Shown piece after piece: positions 51,173 to 61,178 of a stretch of DNA of 64,000 bases (the stretch's first letter is position 1; every line of letters begins with the position of its first letter). This stretch comes from Macrostomum lignano (lineage: Eukaryota): NCBI GenBank assembly GCA_002269645.1, contig NIVC01001892.1:160570-224569 (forward strand), given 5' to 3'. The position numbers and the translations under genes were made by a program. Below the pieces are notes generated by a model. The model did not search any database and was not told the origin of the DNA. It worked only from the letters and a program-made list of their open reading frames with translations.

Positions 51173-52104
51173 TACTGACACTTCGATGACATGTTTTATC
51201 AGTTTGAAGAATACCTTGCACGGCTTTAGACTCAGTTTTCGAGCTGGTATCTAAGCACAGTCTCATTCAAGCTGTAGTTAAGCCAGTATTATCTTCACTT
51301 CAGCAGCGCATACAACTTATCCGATTTCAGTGGCGTCCTGGTTCATTTTGCCCCTACTGAGCGGTGGAATCTCCATTGCCCTGTTCTACTTTATCCAGGT
51401 CTTCATCCTTATACTAAGGTGATTATGTAAAGCTTTAAAAATGTTTACTTTTAATTTGTGATTGTGTGCACAAGCGCGCACTAGCAGAGGCGCACACTGG
51501 CAGAGGCGCGCACCGGCACAAGAGCGCAGCAGCACAAGAGCGCACTGGCAGAGGCGCGCACTTTTGACACGCTGTAGCATAAGCGCGCTGTCTGTCTGTC
51601 TGTCTGTCAGACGGCATGTCTGAGAGAAACCCTACAAACTGAAACACACAGGGAAGGCAGAAACAAGTATTTGCAGAATGCGAGTAAAAACAGACGCCAG
51701 CCTATAAATTGGTCCATAAAATATTTCTTTATATTGTTTGTCACAGATAAGACGCCCAAGCTAATTACAAAAAAACAGCCGCAAAAAAGATTAAGCTGAA
51801 AATTGTCTGCCCAACCAAATTTAAAAACTGTTAAAAGACCAACAATTAAAGTAATAAAGTTGAAGAGAAAAAATACAATAGTAGGCACTATCTACTGCTA
51901 TAGGTAAAATTAAACGAGGCACTGATAAGAAAACGATAAAAAATATTTTACGAGCGTACTACCAAAGCGAGAGAAAAGTGAGGGATGGAAAAATAACAGA
52001 TAAAATTGAAAAAGTCCATAAACAGACCGACACCGCAGATAATAGTTAAACAGCTACAACTAGCTACTTAAGGACAGTAGTGCAAGCGCATGCTAGTGCA
52101 GTTT

Positions 52105-53598
52105 TTAAATAATCGACGAATTCAGCCGGAAATTCGGCTCCGAGTTCAGCTGCTGGTGACCAGACAGTGTGGCGTCGAATTCGCCCTCGTAATCTTCGTC
52201 ATCGTTATCCACTTTGACATCAAGATCGAGGTCGTCCTCGGATTTCGGATCGGCGGAGGCCTGCAGGTTAGGGGTGGCGACCGAGTTTTTGAAAGGCCAT
52301 TTGAGGACAGGGAGATGATGATAAATGAGGTCATTCAAGGATGAGGAAATATATGCCATGAAAGGTCGATATTTAGGGACACGGACAGGGGTCATGTAGG
52401 ACAAGACAAGGGGTTATTTAGGGACATGAGTATTGGTCATTTAAGGTCACAAACATCATGACGGTATCACATGTTTAGTTGCACGCATATAAAGTGGTGA
52501 GTCATACATTAACATGGGTTGATAAAATTTCCCAGCTCACCGATCGATTATAGCCTAGCCGGGAGTCGGTCTCGCCGTCTCGACTATCGTCGTTGCCCCC
52601 AGCCAGCGATGCGGCTAAACAAGCGGCCACATCGAAGGCGGTTGTAGCGGCAGCAGCGTTAGCAGCAGTCCTACTACCCATAGTATTGCTGCCTAACACA
52701 GCAGCGCCGGTAGTATTCGCCAGTGGCAAATAAATTTTTCTAGCCACCACCGTCTGCTTCTGCTGCTGCTGCTGGCTGTCAGAGCCGGTCGCTCCCGATG
52801 CCGGGTATCGCCGACGGCCGGAACGGGCGCGCAGCTGCGGCTCCCCTGCACTCAGGCGTCTCTGCGCGAGAGATAAGAATAGGAAAGGGGTCAAATGAGG
52901 ACAATAATTCTAAGCAGAGGTCATTTCAGGACAAAAATCAACCCTGGGGTCAGTTGAGGACAAAAGTCTACCCAGGGGTCATTTGAGGACAGAATCTATC
53001 TGGAGGTCATTTGAGGACAAACTAATATACGTAAAGATCATTTGAGGGCAAACATCTACCGTGGGGTCATTGAAGACAGAGGTTATTTGGGGCAAAAAAA
53101 GTGCGCAGGGGTCAACTGTCCTTACCTGGCCAACAGTTGTGACGGCGGCGGCGGAGGCGGCGCACCACCCCGTCGGAACAAGGCGGCAGCGTCAGCGCCT
53201 TTGACAGTCGCCGATTGGCCCGCCTGGGTCGGCCGCCGAGATCGCCAAGACTGGGCGACATGGACGACGCCTGCTCCGTCGAAGACTGCTGCGGCAGAGT
53301 TGTTGTTAAAGAGTCGGTGGCCATCGACGCGGCAGCGGCGACGGCGGCTGCGGCCGTGGCGTCGAGTAGAGGCTGGTCCAAGACAACGGCTGCCGACAGC
53401 TGCTGGCGAGAGCAGACGGCTCGACTCGAAGGCTCTGCTGGCAGGCGCGGCAACAGCGGCGCCGAATGATGAAGCGCAGTTTAGCCGAACGATCGCGCTC
53501 CGCAAGGACCTGCAATTGCAGCTGCATGCGAAGATTGGTCAGGTCCATCTGGAGGTCGTCCACACGATGCAGGCGTTTCTCGTAGTGCTGCCGAATCT
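52105..53598 (-). CDS. MAP3K13: 3' exons of a dual leucine zipper kinase (MAP3K12/13, DLK/LZK/wallenda family); kinase exons not in window
   Basis: The exon starting at 53598 encodes IRQHYEKRLHRVDDLQMDLTNLRMQLQL versus recalled DLK [28 protein letters not shown] (14/28 identical). Further phase-0 exons lie at 52541-52861 and 52105-52260 (acidic SEDDLDLDV...YEGEFD, stop). The splice path through 53126-53510 is unresolved. Confidence 0.7.
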
Positions 53599-53952
53599 CT
53601 GGGGGCGAAAGAAATGACAAGAGACTGTTAGGCGGCAAACAAGGACACAGGACTTCTAGAGGTTAAAGGACACAAAAGGTCTCTTAGAGGTCGAATGAGA
53701 ACACAGAACTATAAGGGTAAAATGAGGACACAGGACTGTTAGGGGTCAAATGAGGACACGGGACTGTTGAGGGTCAATTGAGGACACGGAGCTGTTATGG
53801 GTCAAACTAGGACACGCGGGGACTGTTGTTGTGATAAGTTTTTGCATCATGTAGCAAACAGACCATGGCACATTTGCACTAATGCACCATATCTAGACCA
53901 GCAGTATCTGAAATAGAAGCAAAAGCCATTTATAAGATAATATACATGTAGG

Positions 53953-54244
53953 TCAGTGAAGCAAATATCTAAAATTGTTAACAGAAGTATAAAAGAAAAA
54001 TGAACAAGAAAAAATGGTGCTCAGTTAGCCGATTCTAAAAGTGAATCGTGGATCCCCTGAGCCACGAAGAGGCCGAACACCGTTCAGGGGGTTAATCCAT
54101 AGTTCACTTTGCAGAGCAAAACAAATTCCACAGCACAGTAAACAGTGCACAGCGGTCTTTTGCAGCATTGAACTAAGGATCAATCCCGCCACTAAGAGCG
54201 GGAAGCCACAGCAAGAAATGCAAAGCGGCCAGCTTTTTGAAAGC
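53953..54244. repeat. 292-bp direct repeat, copy 1
   Basis: Identical by eye to 57933-58224 (offset 3980); starts TCAGTGAAGCAAATATCT, ends CTTTTTGAAAGC. Confidence 0.95.
54016..54090 (-). ncRNA. HDV-like self-cleaving ribozyme candidate, copy 1
   Basis: Minus strand: P1 CCCCUGA/UCAGGGG, P2 GGUGUUCG/UGAGCACC, P3 GCC/GGC, L3 UCUUCGU, P4 CGAUUC/GAAUCG, J4/2 GCUAA, in correct double-pseudoknot order. Deviations: C rather than G at +1, weak P1.1, one extra C before P2'. Confidence 0.55.
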
Positions 54245-54312
54245 CGATAAAATCTTATAGCGAACTCCCCATGCAACGGGGGCTGATGGTTTCAGAGAAT
54301 AAACTTAGCCTT

Positions 54313-56274
54313 TCAGTCTTTAAGCCACGGATGCAGTCGAAGCACATCCGAGCGCCTTTCTCCATAATCGTAGAGTAGCTCCTCGCCTCGAGCAATGTCT
54401 CGAATGGCTTGGAAGACCAGATGCGGTTTATTGTTTACATCAGCAACAATCGGCTTCAAGTTATTTCTTCGCCGGCTATGGTTAATGTACCGACCGACGT
54501 ACTGGAAAGTGTTGGTTGCGTCGATGCAATAAGCTTGATCTCGCCAGGAAAAGAAAAACAAGAAGCAGCATGGCTTCCCTTGCTTTACAATATCTTCCTC
54601 CCGGGCGAGGCGTGCTTTTTGTCCTTGGATTAATTCTCCACCGTAAGTACAGACGACAGTGCCTTTTGGGAGGTCCGTACGGGCAAATGCCCCCAGACCC
54701 TCTGCGTCGACGCTACCGGCCTGAACCACGACGTTGCCGGTAGAAATCATTGTCTGTCGAACCACATCGGCCATAGTGAGTTGCCTCATAGACGCCATTT
54801 CGGTCGGCAGGGATCGCTCTGGACTCCCACGGCTAGCTCGGCCGTGAGGCGTCACGTGAAGGAGCGGCGTGCATGCTCCGTCCGGAGTTGTGATAGTGTC
54901 CGGGACTAGACGCTCGCGATTAGCTGCCATTGCAGGAGGGGCAACCGCAGCAGCGTGGCTATTTGAGTCCTCAGGCGAAGTCACAGTCGGCTCGAAAGGC
55001 GGATCATTGGACAGGCCATCTTTATTGGCTTCTCCTCTTTGGAGCCGAACGCTAAGGGGAACCTGACAGTGAAGAAAATGAAGAGGACAAATGATTCATA
55101 GTGGTAACGGCATACAAATGCAGATTAACCCCAACGCTTTAATCTTTGCATTGAATAAACATGCAACAAAATTGTTCCTAAGAACACTGTTTCACACAAT
55201 AAACTGTGGACTTCATTTAGTTTGACCAACTTACTTCATTGGAGGTCGCCGGTACAGCGTCGGTAGATAAGGCGACGTCTATAGTTGCAGCAGCGGCAGA
55301 CTCCGGGACCAGAAGCTCGCGATTAGCTGCCATTGCAGGAGGGGCAACCGCAGCAGCGTGGCTATTTGAGTCCTCAGGCGAAGTCACAGTCGGCTCGAAA
55401 GGCGGATCATTGGACAGGCCATCTTTATTGGCTTCTCCTCTTTGGAGCCGAACGCTAAGGGGAACCTGACAGTGAAGAAAAAAGTACATCATAATGGTTA
55501 CAACATGCAATTAAAGATGAACGTAACCCTTTGTTATTTTCATTAAACATACATGCAACCCAGCTGATGGTAAGATAATTGCTCTACACCATAAACCATG
55601 GGCCAGCATAAAAGACCCCACCCCTTGTTGTTAATCCCTAATATTTCCTTTTGAGCAAAGTATCTAAAAGCTTTTATTTATTCATTTTTCACTTTCATCT
55701 TCTCAAATTTACCAAACATTCAACTTTTTAAGAAAAGTTGCGACCTGACCTGACCCGCGACCTGATGCTTTCAAGGTTACAGGCCGCAGCGTTTTAACAA
55801 CAAAAAACCATGGACACAAATTTTAGTTTAACACACCTCATTGGAGGTCGCCATTTCAGCGTCGGTAGCTAAGTCCGCGTCCATTGTTATAGCGGCGGCA
55901 GATTCCGGCAGGCTTTCAAGCGGCAAGGCTGGATTAAGATTTAGTTGAGGCCGGATGCCGTAAAAGGCCAACAACCGCAGGCCCTCAATTCTGTCATATG
56001 CCCTTGCCCTCGCATCAGCTACGGCTGCACGGCCGACAACAAATGCTTCGCCGAAATGGCACAGCCGCATGTGTTGTCTCATATTAGAGGCGGCAAATGA
56101 GCTGCACAGCTGGCAAAGCTTTAAATCTCTTTTGCCATGCCAACGTTTGTAGAGAATGTAGGCTTCGACTCGATCGTAGTTTGCTGTATGCTTGCTTCGA
56201 GCGTGTCGAAGGAGGGTGGCGGACCGATTGGTGGAATAGTCACACATCGGGCAAATAAACTGGTCAGGGTCCAT
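54313..56274 (-). CDS. C2H2 zinc finger x2 fused to PR-Set7/SETD8(KMT5A)-type SET domain, 3 exons, 472 aa
   Basis: Exons complement(55837-56274, 55235-55465, 54313-55062), all phase 0. Fingers CPMC-x12-HARSKH and CQLC-x10-HMRLCH. SET motifs GLGAFA, VCTYGG, YCIDAT, GRYINHS, GEELLYDYG, C-terminal HPWL match the SETD8 family. Confidence 0.85.
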
Positions 56275-56636
56275 ATTGAATTGATTCAAGTTTTCAACGT
56301 AAACGTTTAGAGTAAAATTTAGTTCTCGATAAAACGTGTCGCGCAAACTTTCTGAAAATGAGGAAAAATCAAAATGAAACCTTTAACTACGGTGAAAGAT
56401 GAATGAACTAGGCATCTTGGTAATAGGTACTTTACAATGCACTCTTAAAGACTGTCAGACTGAAAGCAAAGAAGGCATGTTCCGCTCGCTCGTAGTCTCA
56501 GGACAATAATAAAAGGCAGCTGAACAGATCAAATCAAATGTTTATTTGAAAGGTTGGGCGATACAACGGACTTGATAACGCATTACAGTCCCGAATTTCT
56601 GCATAGTAGCATTAGGTTGCCAGTCACACTGAAGTT

Positions 56637-57254
56637 TTAAAGCAAATCGAGTAGTGAAACGGAATTCGAAATTGTAGGATTTGCATTTTGTTGCAACGAA
56701 ACGCTGGGAGAAGCTGGATTAAAAAAGCCATTGAAATCATTGTCTAACGTAGTTACACTACAACTGTGGCAGGGGCATGTACAATGGCTATCAGGGCAAT
56801 TGAAAATGTTTGAACGTAAAACACTTGGACCGGAGAGCTGTGAATCGGCACACTTTTCGGAGGGGTTCCTGGCGGCTAGTGATTGCAGCTTAGAAATTAA
56901 AACTTCAGCGTTTTCTTTAGCCTCGTCTAAGTTATAGGTAGATTGCGAATTTCCATTTGTCTTAGATTGCTTTCCATGTTTTACCCTAACATGGCTTGGT
57001 AAATTCGAAGTGATAACACTGCAAACAGGACACTGATAGAGGTAACCCGATTCGGTTCGCTTCTTTGCCTTTAAAAGTCCAAAAAGGCGGATTGTGGCAT
57101 CAATTTGCTCTTCAGTGGCATCAGGGTGCTTTCGATTGCAATGTACCTTGAAACCAGATGCGCGTCCTGTCCAAGCATTGCAGATCAAACAGGAAATCTG
57201 CGTATGAACCTGCACCATGTGAGACATTGTCCCGCGGGTGACATTCAAGAGCAT
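56637..57254 (-). CDS. C2H2 zinc finger x2 protein (cargo ORF; start uncertain)
   Basis: CLIC-x12-HCNRKH and CPVC-x9-HVRVKH, followed by a Cys/His-rich tail. Stop at 56637 and AATAAA on the minus strand at 56541-56546. Confidence 0.65.
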   Translation of the reverse strand: MLLNVTRGTMSHMVQVHTQISCLICNAWTGRASGFKVHCNRKHPDATEEQIDATIRLFGLLKAKKRTESGYLYQCPVCSVITSNLPSHVRVKHGKQSKTNGNSQSTYNLDEAKENAEVLISKLQSLAARNPSEKCADSQLSGPSVLRSNIFNCPDSHCTCPCHSCSVTTLDNDFNGFFNPASPSVSLQQNANPTISNSVSLLDLL

Positions 57255-57932
57255 CGGGAAAACGTTGTGGGCTTATTATTATACTGCTTCCAGGGAGGTT
57301 AGGCAAATTAAGTCTTAATTTTTGTATTCTAAGACAATGACGGAGAGGAAATGCTTTAGAGTATAAAAAATTCTGAATCTCACATCTGAATCTCCTATCC
57401 TCTGATCGGAACCAGGTCTATCTTCCAACATGAACATCCTTTCCTCTCAACTGAAACCCTCGAGTCCGAGTCAATAAGGCTACAGGCCAAGCAGGGTGCC
57501 ATTAGTTAGTGTGGGCAGTTACATTTTCAATCTCCCCAGCCAAGCCTAAAGTGCTGCTATAAATGGGATAATGAGTGCATGGCGGGATGGGTCACTGCTA
57601 TTGCTTATGGTTAACACGTAACAAAAGTAAAAGACAAAAATGTGTATATCACGATTACTAGTTCCACTTTTATTATACTTTCGCGCTATCTTTGAAGCAG
57701 TATGCAAATATACTATTGGCATAGCGGGCGTCTAAACGCAGGCTAACATAAGAGAACTGACAAATTGCAGTGAGTGTCAAAGTGTAGTACAACGAAAAGG
57801 GACAAAAGTAAGACGCATATGCGCCTCTCGCTGCAACGACAGGCGACTGCATATAAATGCATGAAATATTAAGTAATACAAACGAGAGAATAAAACACAT
57901 TCAAGAAAGTTGCTCGTAGTTATAAATTTCAA

Positions 57933-58224
57933 TCAGTGAAGCAAATATCTAAAATTGTTAACAGAAGTATAAAAGAAAAATGAACAAGAAAAAATGGTGC
58001 TCAGTTAGCCGATTCTAAAAGTGAATCGTGGATCCCCTGAGCCACGAAGAGGCCGAACACCGTTCAGGGGGTTAATCCATAGTTCACTTTGCAGAGCAAA
58101 ACAAATTCCACAGCACAGTAAACAGTGCACAGCGGTCTTTTGCAGCATTGAACTAAGGATCAATCCCGCCACTAAGAGCGGGAAGCCACAGCAAGAAATG
58201 CAAAGCGGCCAGCTTTTTGAAAGC
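57933..58224. repeat. 292-bp direct repeat, copy 2
   Basis: Identical by eye to 53953-54244; lies 164 nt downstream of the transposase stop. Confidence 0.95.
57996..58070 (-). ncRNA. HDV-like self-cleaving ribozyme candidate, copy 2
   Basis: Same sequence and pairing as copy 1 (offset 3980). Confidence 0.55.
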
Positions 58225-58387
58225 TGAAATACTGCTTACTTTGGTAGGCTGTAAACTTTACAGTAAATTTCTAAGAGAAATCGGTATACGTTTATAAACT
58301 GGTTTAGAATTTCATGTAAACAAGCTAGTTTACATCCGAAATATGATTATCCTATGGATAACAGTTTCAAGTAATCGAGTTTCGGAA

Positions 58388-61178
58388 TTAAATACTATCA
58401 ATCCATTCTTCATCTGACTCAGACTGCTCACGACTTGATTCAACGTCTGAATGACTCGGGGCTTCAACGTCATCTGGCTGATTTACGTTGGTACCAGCGT
58501 CGTTTGGATGCTGCGCATCAGCAGCAGCAGCTTCAATGCTTGCGTCAATGTGATCAAAGCGAAGAGCTTGAAGTTGCTTTAAAATAGTCTGAAAGAGGCA
58601 TCGAAACTGGGCTGGCAATCCAGGTTGATGATGGAGTGTTTCACAGTGCTGTTCAAGTTTAATTTGAACGTCACGCCACTCTTGCACAATAATGATCTTT
58701 TCCTCCGCTAGACGATTCAGCTTGTGATACAAGTCAACCACCCGTCGCTTGAACCTCTCAGACACATCGATCGAAAGACCGAAGTAGAAGTCTGACTGGA
58801 AGTCGCGAAGCTGAATCATAGTGGGCACGCGAAGGCCTGGCGGAAGCGAGCGGGCGGCCATTCGAATGTCTGCATTTAAAGCCGCAACCTTGCGTAGACA
58901 TGCTCGATTTTCTTTTTGTCCATCTGAGCAGCCACTCTGACGGATCCAATAGAATCGTTCCAAAGCAAGTGCCTTAAGCTTTGCGTAAGGTTCCCTGCTC
59001 AATGGAGAGTCGCTATTGGGATTTATGGCTTCTGCATGCCATTGTTGAGCAAGATTTAAAATGGCTACCTCAGAGATTCCGGCAGGAATAGTTAATTTGT
59101 TGTTCCGCATCAAATCGCCAGCTTGTAGAAGCAATTGCTCCATTTCAGCTGAACAAGACGCGGCTGTGCGAGTTATTAGTTTTAATCGAGCAGAAAACCA
59201 ATTGGAGGCGTACAACAACTGATTAGCATTGAAGCAATGCAAAATGTAAGACATACAAGCACTTCTGCGATCGGACCGCATGTACTTTAAGCTTTTACCA
59301 AACGGTCGTAGTGCAGACCAAGCGCGCTCCGTATTCTCCCCGTCGCAAAGACCCGCTCCAGGAGTTACCCGCACGGAGTACTTTAGTTGGCATTGTCTCT
59401 CGTGGCCCAGCACATGAAAGGCGTTCACAGCGCACGTGACACTGTTAAGCTGTACACCAGATGCTGACACCATGGACTTGACACGATTGGAAATGCGACA
59501 ACCTGATTTTAGGAAAAAGTTTTTAAATGAATAAATAATTGAGCTTCGTGTCGCAGTACGCATGCACGTACATAAGTAAGCACAAGCATAAGTAAGCACA
59601 CACTATAAGTGTATAGTGTAAATAAGTGCAGCATGATAGAAACACGATAAAAATCAACTCACCAACATCATAGATAAAAATGAGATCCTTTGAGACGGGC
59701 TGTGTCATTAGGTAATGACGAAGAGTCTGTTCTGGATAGCACAGGCCCTCACCAGCTGTAATAATGTTGCAACCTGTCAGAAGCCTGTTATGCCGGCAAA
59801 ATAAGCCAAAGAAACCGTTGACATCGTGCTTGCTGGCCCTGATCACGGGTTTTTCTGTTCCAGCCTTCCAGTTAGTGCAGCCTTCTGCAGACACTTGTGT
59901 CGTAGGAGGCGGTACAGTTGCTGGTTCTACATGAATAAGCGGTGACGGCAATGAGCGTTCAGAATCTGGCACTAGACGTTGCTTCGAACCCATACTTTGT
60001 AGTCTTCGCCATCCAAATAGAGCATCAGCACAAACTACAGACTTCCGACTTGAATTTTGGTCAGGACACAAAAGACAACTAGCAGGCCAGCTTGCTGAAC
60101 ACCTCTGCAACTCTCGAAACCGCAGTAGGACTCCATTACGCTGCAATCTCTGATACACTCGATCGGCTAAACCAGGGTTCCAGCGACCTTGTCCTACGAC
60201 GGAGCCTTTGAAAAGACAGGTAATTGCACGAGACAGTGGCAGTTGACCGTCAAAGCACAAGGAGTCAAGAGTTGATAGAAAGCTAATTGAAAAAAATGTT
60301 AACAATTCGCCAACGCGTGACTCGCTTCCAGGAAAGTATCCTTTTGCTAGCATGGCATCAACTTTATCACAGGATTGGCACGTATAAATTCTGGCGCAAA
60401 CAATTCCGTTGATGTCAATAATCTGAATTTCGGATGATGTTGTATACTCAGAAGACAAGCTTGATTCGCTACAGCAGAATAGAGAGACAGGCTCTTCTTC
60501 TTGAATGTCTTCAAACATTAGCGATTGAGCCTAGGAAAAAGGGTTAAATTTTGTATGCGGTGTTATAAAAATATTATTCCGTACTAAGGCTATTAGCATT
60601 CTAAATACTTTTGTTTCACGTCAAATTTAATACAGCGTTATACTGCCAAATAGGCGTCATTGTTTTCTTCACAGTAAACTAATATCCTTAGAAATTGCAA
60701 TTTAGATTTTAAAACAACTTACATTCCACTGGAGGAACTTGTGAGCAGCAAAATTTCCATGCGTTATCTTTTTACAATCACTGCAGACATCGTACTGACA
60801 ATGAACACATCGGAAAACTCCAGGCTGCATGTCGCAACGAACACAGCATTTTAACTCGAATGACTGTTTATAACCGGCAGTGTAACTTTCCACAATGGCC
60901 GTGTAGTCTTCCCATTCCGTGAATTTAGGCGGCTGTTCAAACTTATTACTAATCTGTTCAGGCATAGAGTCATGGTTTCCTGCACCCAGATCTTGTGAAA
61001 GACTGCCGCCAGTGACTGTGGAACACGAGGAAGCCGTGGCAATCGATGTAGTACTTTCCAATGCATTAGGCGCATTAGACGTTCGCAATATCCTTGGCCT
61101 TCCGCGTTGGCCAGTCATCAGTACTACTTCAGATTGTCTTTTTCTCGATTTCGCATTTAGTTTTCTTGACGAAATCAT
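58388..61178 (-). CDS. KDZ superfamily (Kyakuja-type) transposase with N-terminal CxC zinc-chelating domain, 3 exons, about 812 aa
   Basis: Exons complement(60723-61178, 59663-60530, 58388-59502) join in frame (2439 nt). CCVRC..RCVHC..CSDC..H..H..W; IIDING..C..C..GYFP; CLLCP; VCADALF; GLFCRH; GEGLCY; YDVG|C; AFHVLGHERQCQ; GAGLCDGENTERAWSAL are KDZ signatures, with all three putative catalytic acids present. Confidence 0.88.

Noticed and set aside
53829-53860. Candidate left TIR of the KDZ element (TTGTGATAAGTTTTTGCATC)
   Set aside because: No reverse-complement partner found by eye in 61200-64000, so the element ends remain undefined.
54050-54095. Hammerhead ribozyme reading of the repeat on the + strand (CTGAG...CGAA)
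   Set aside because: Lacks the CUGANGA and GAAA cores; the minus-strand HDV-like topology fits far better.
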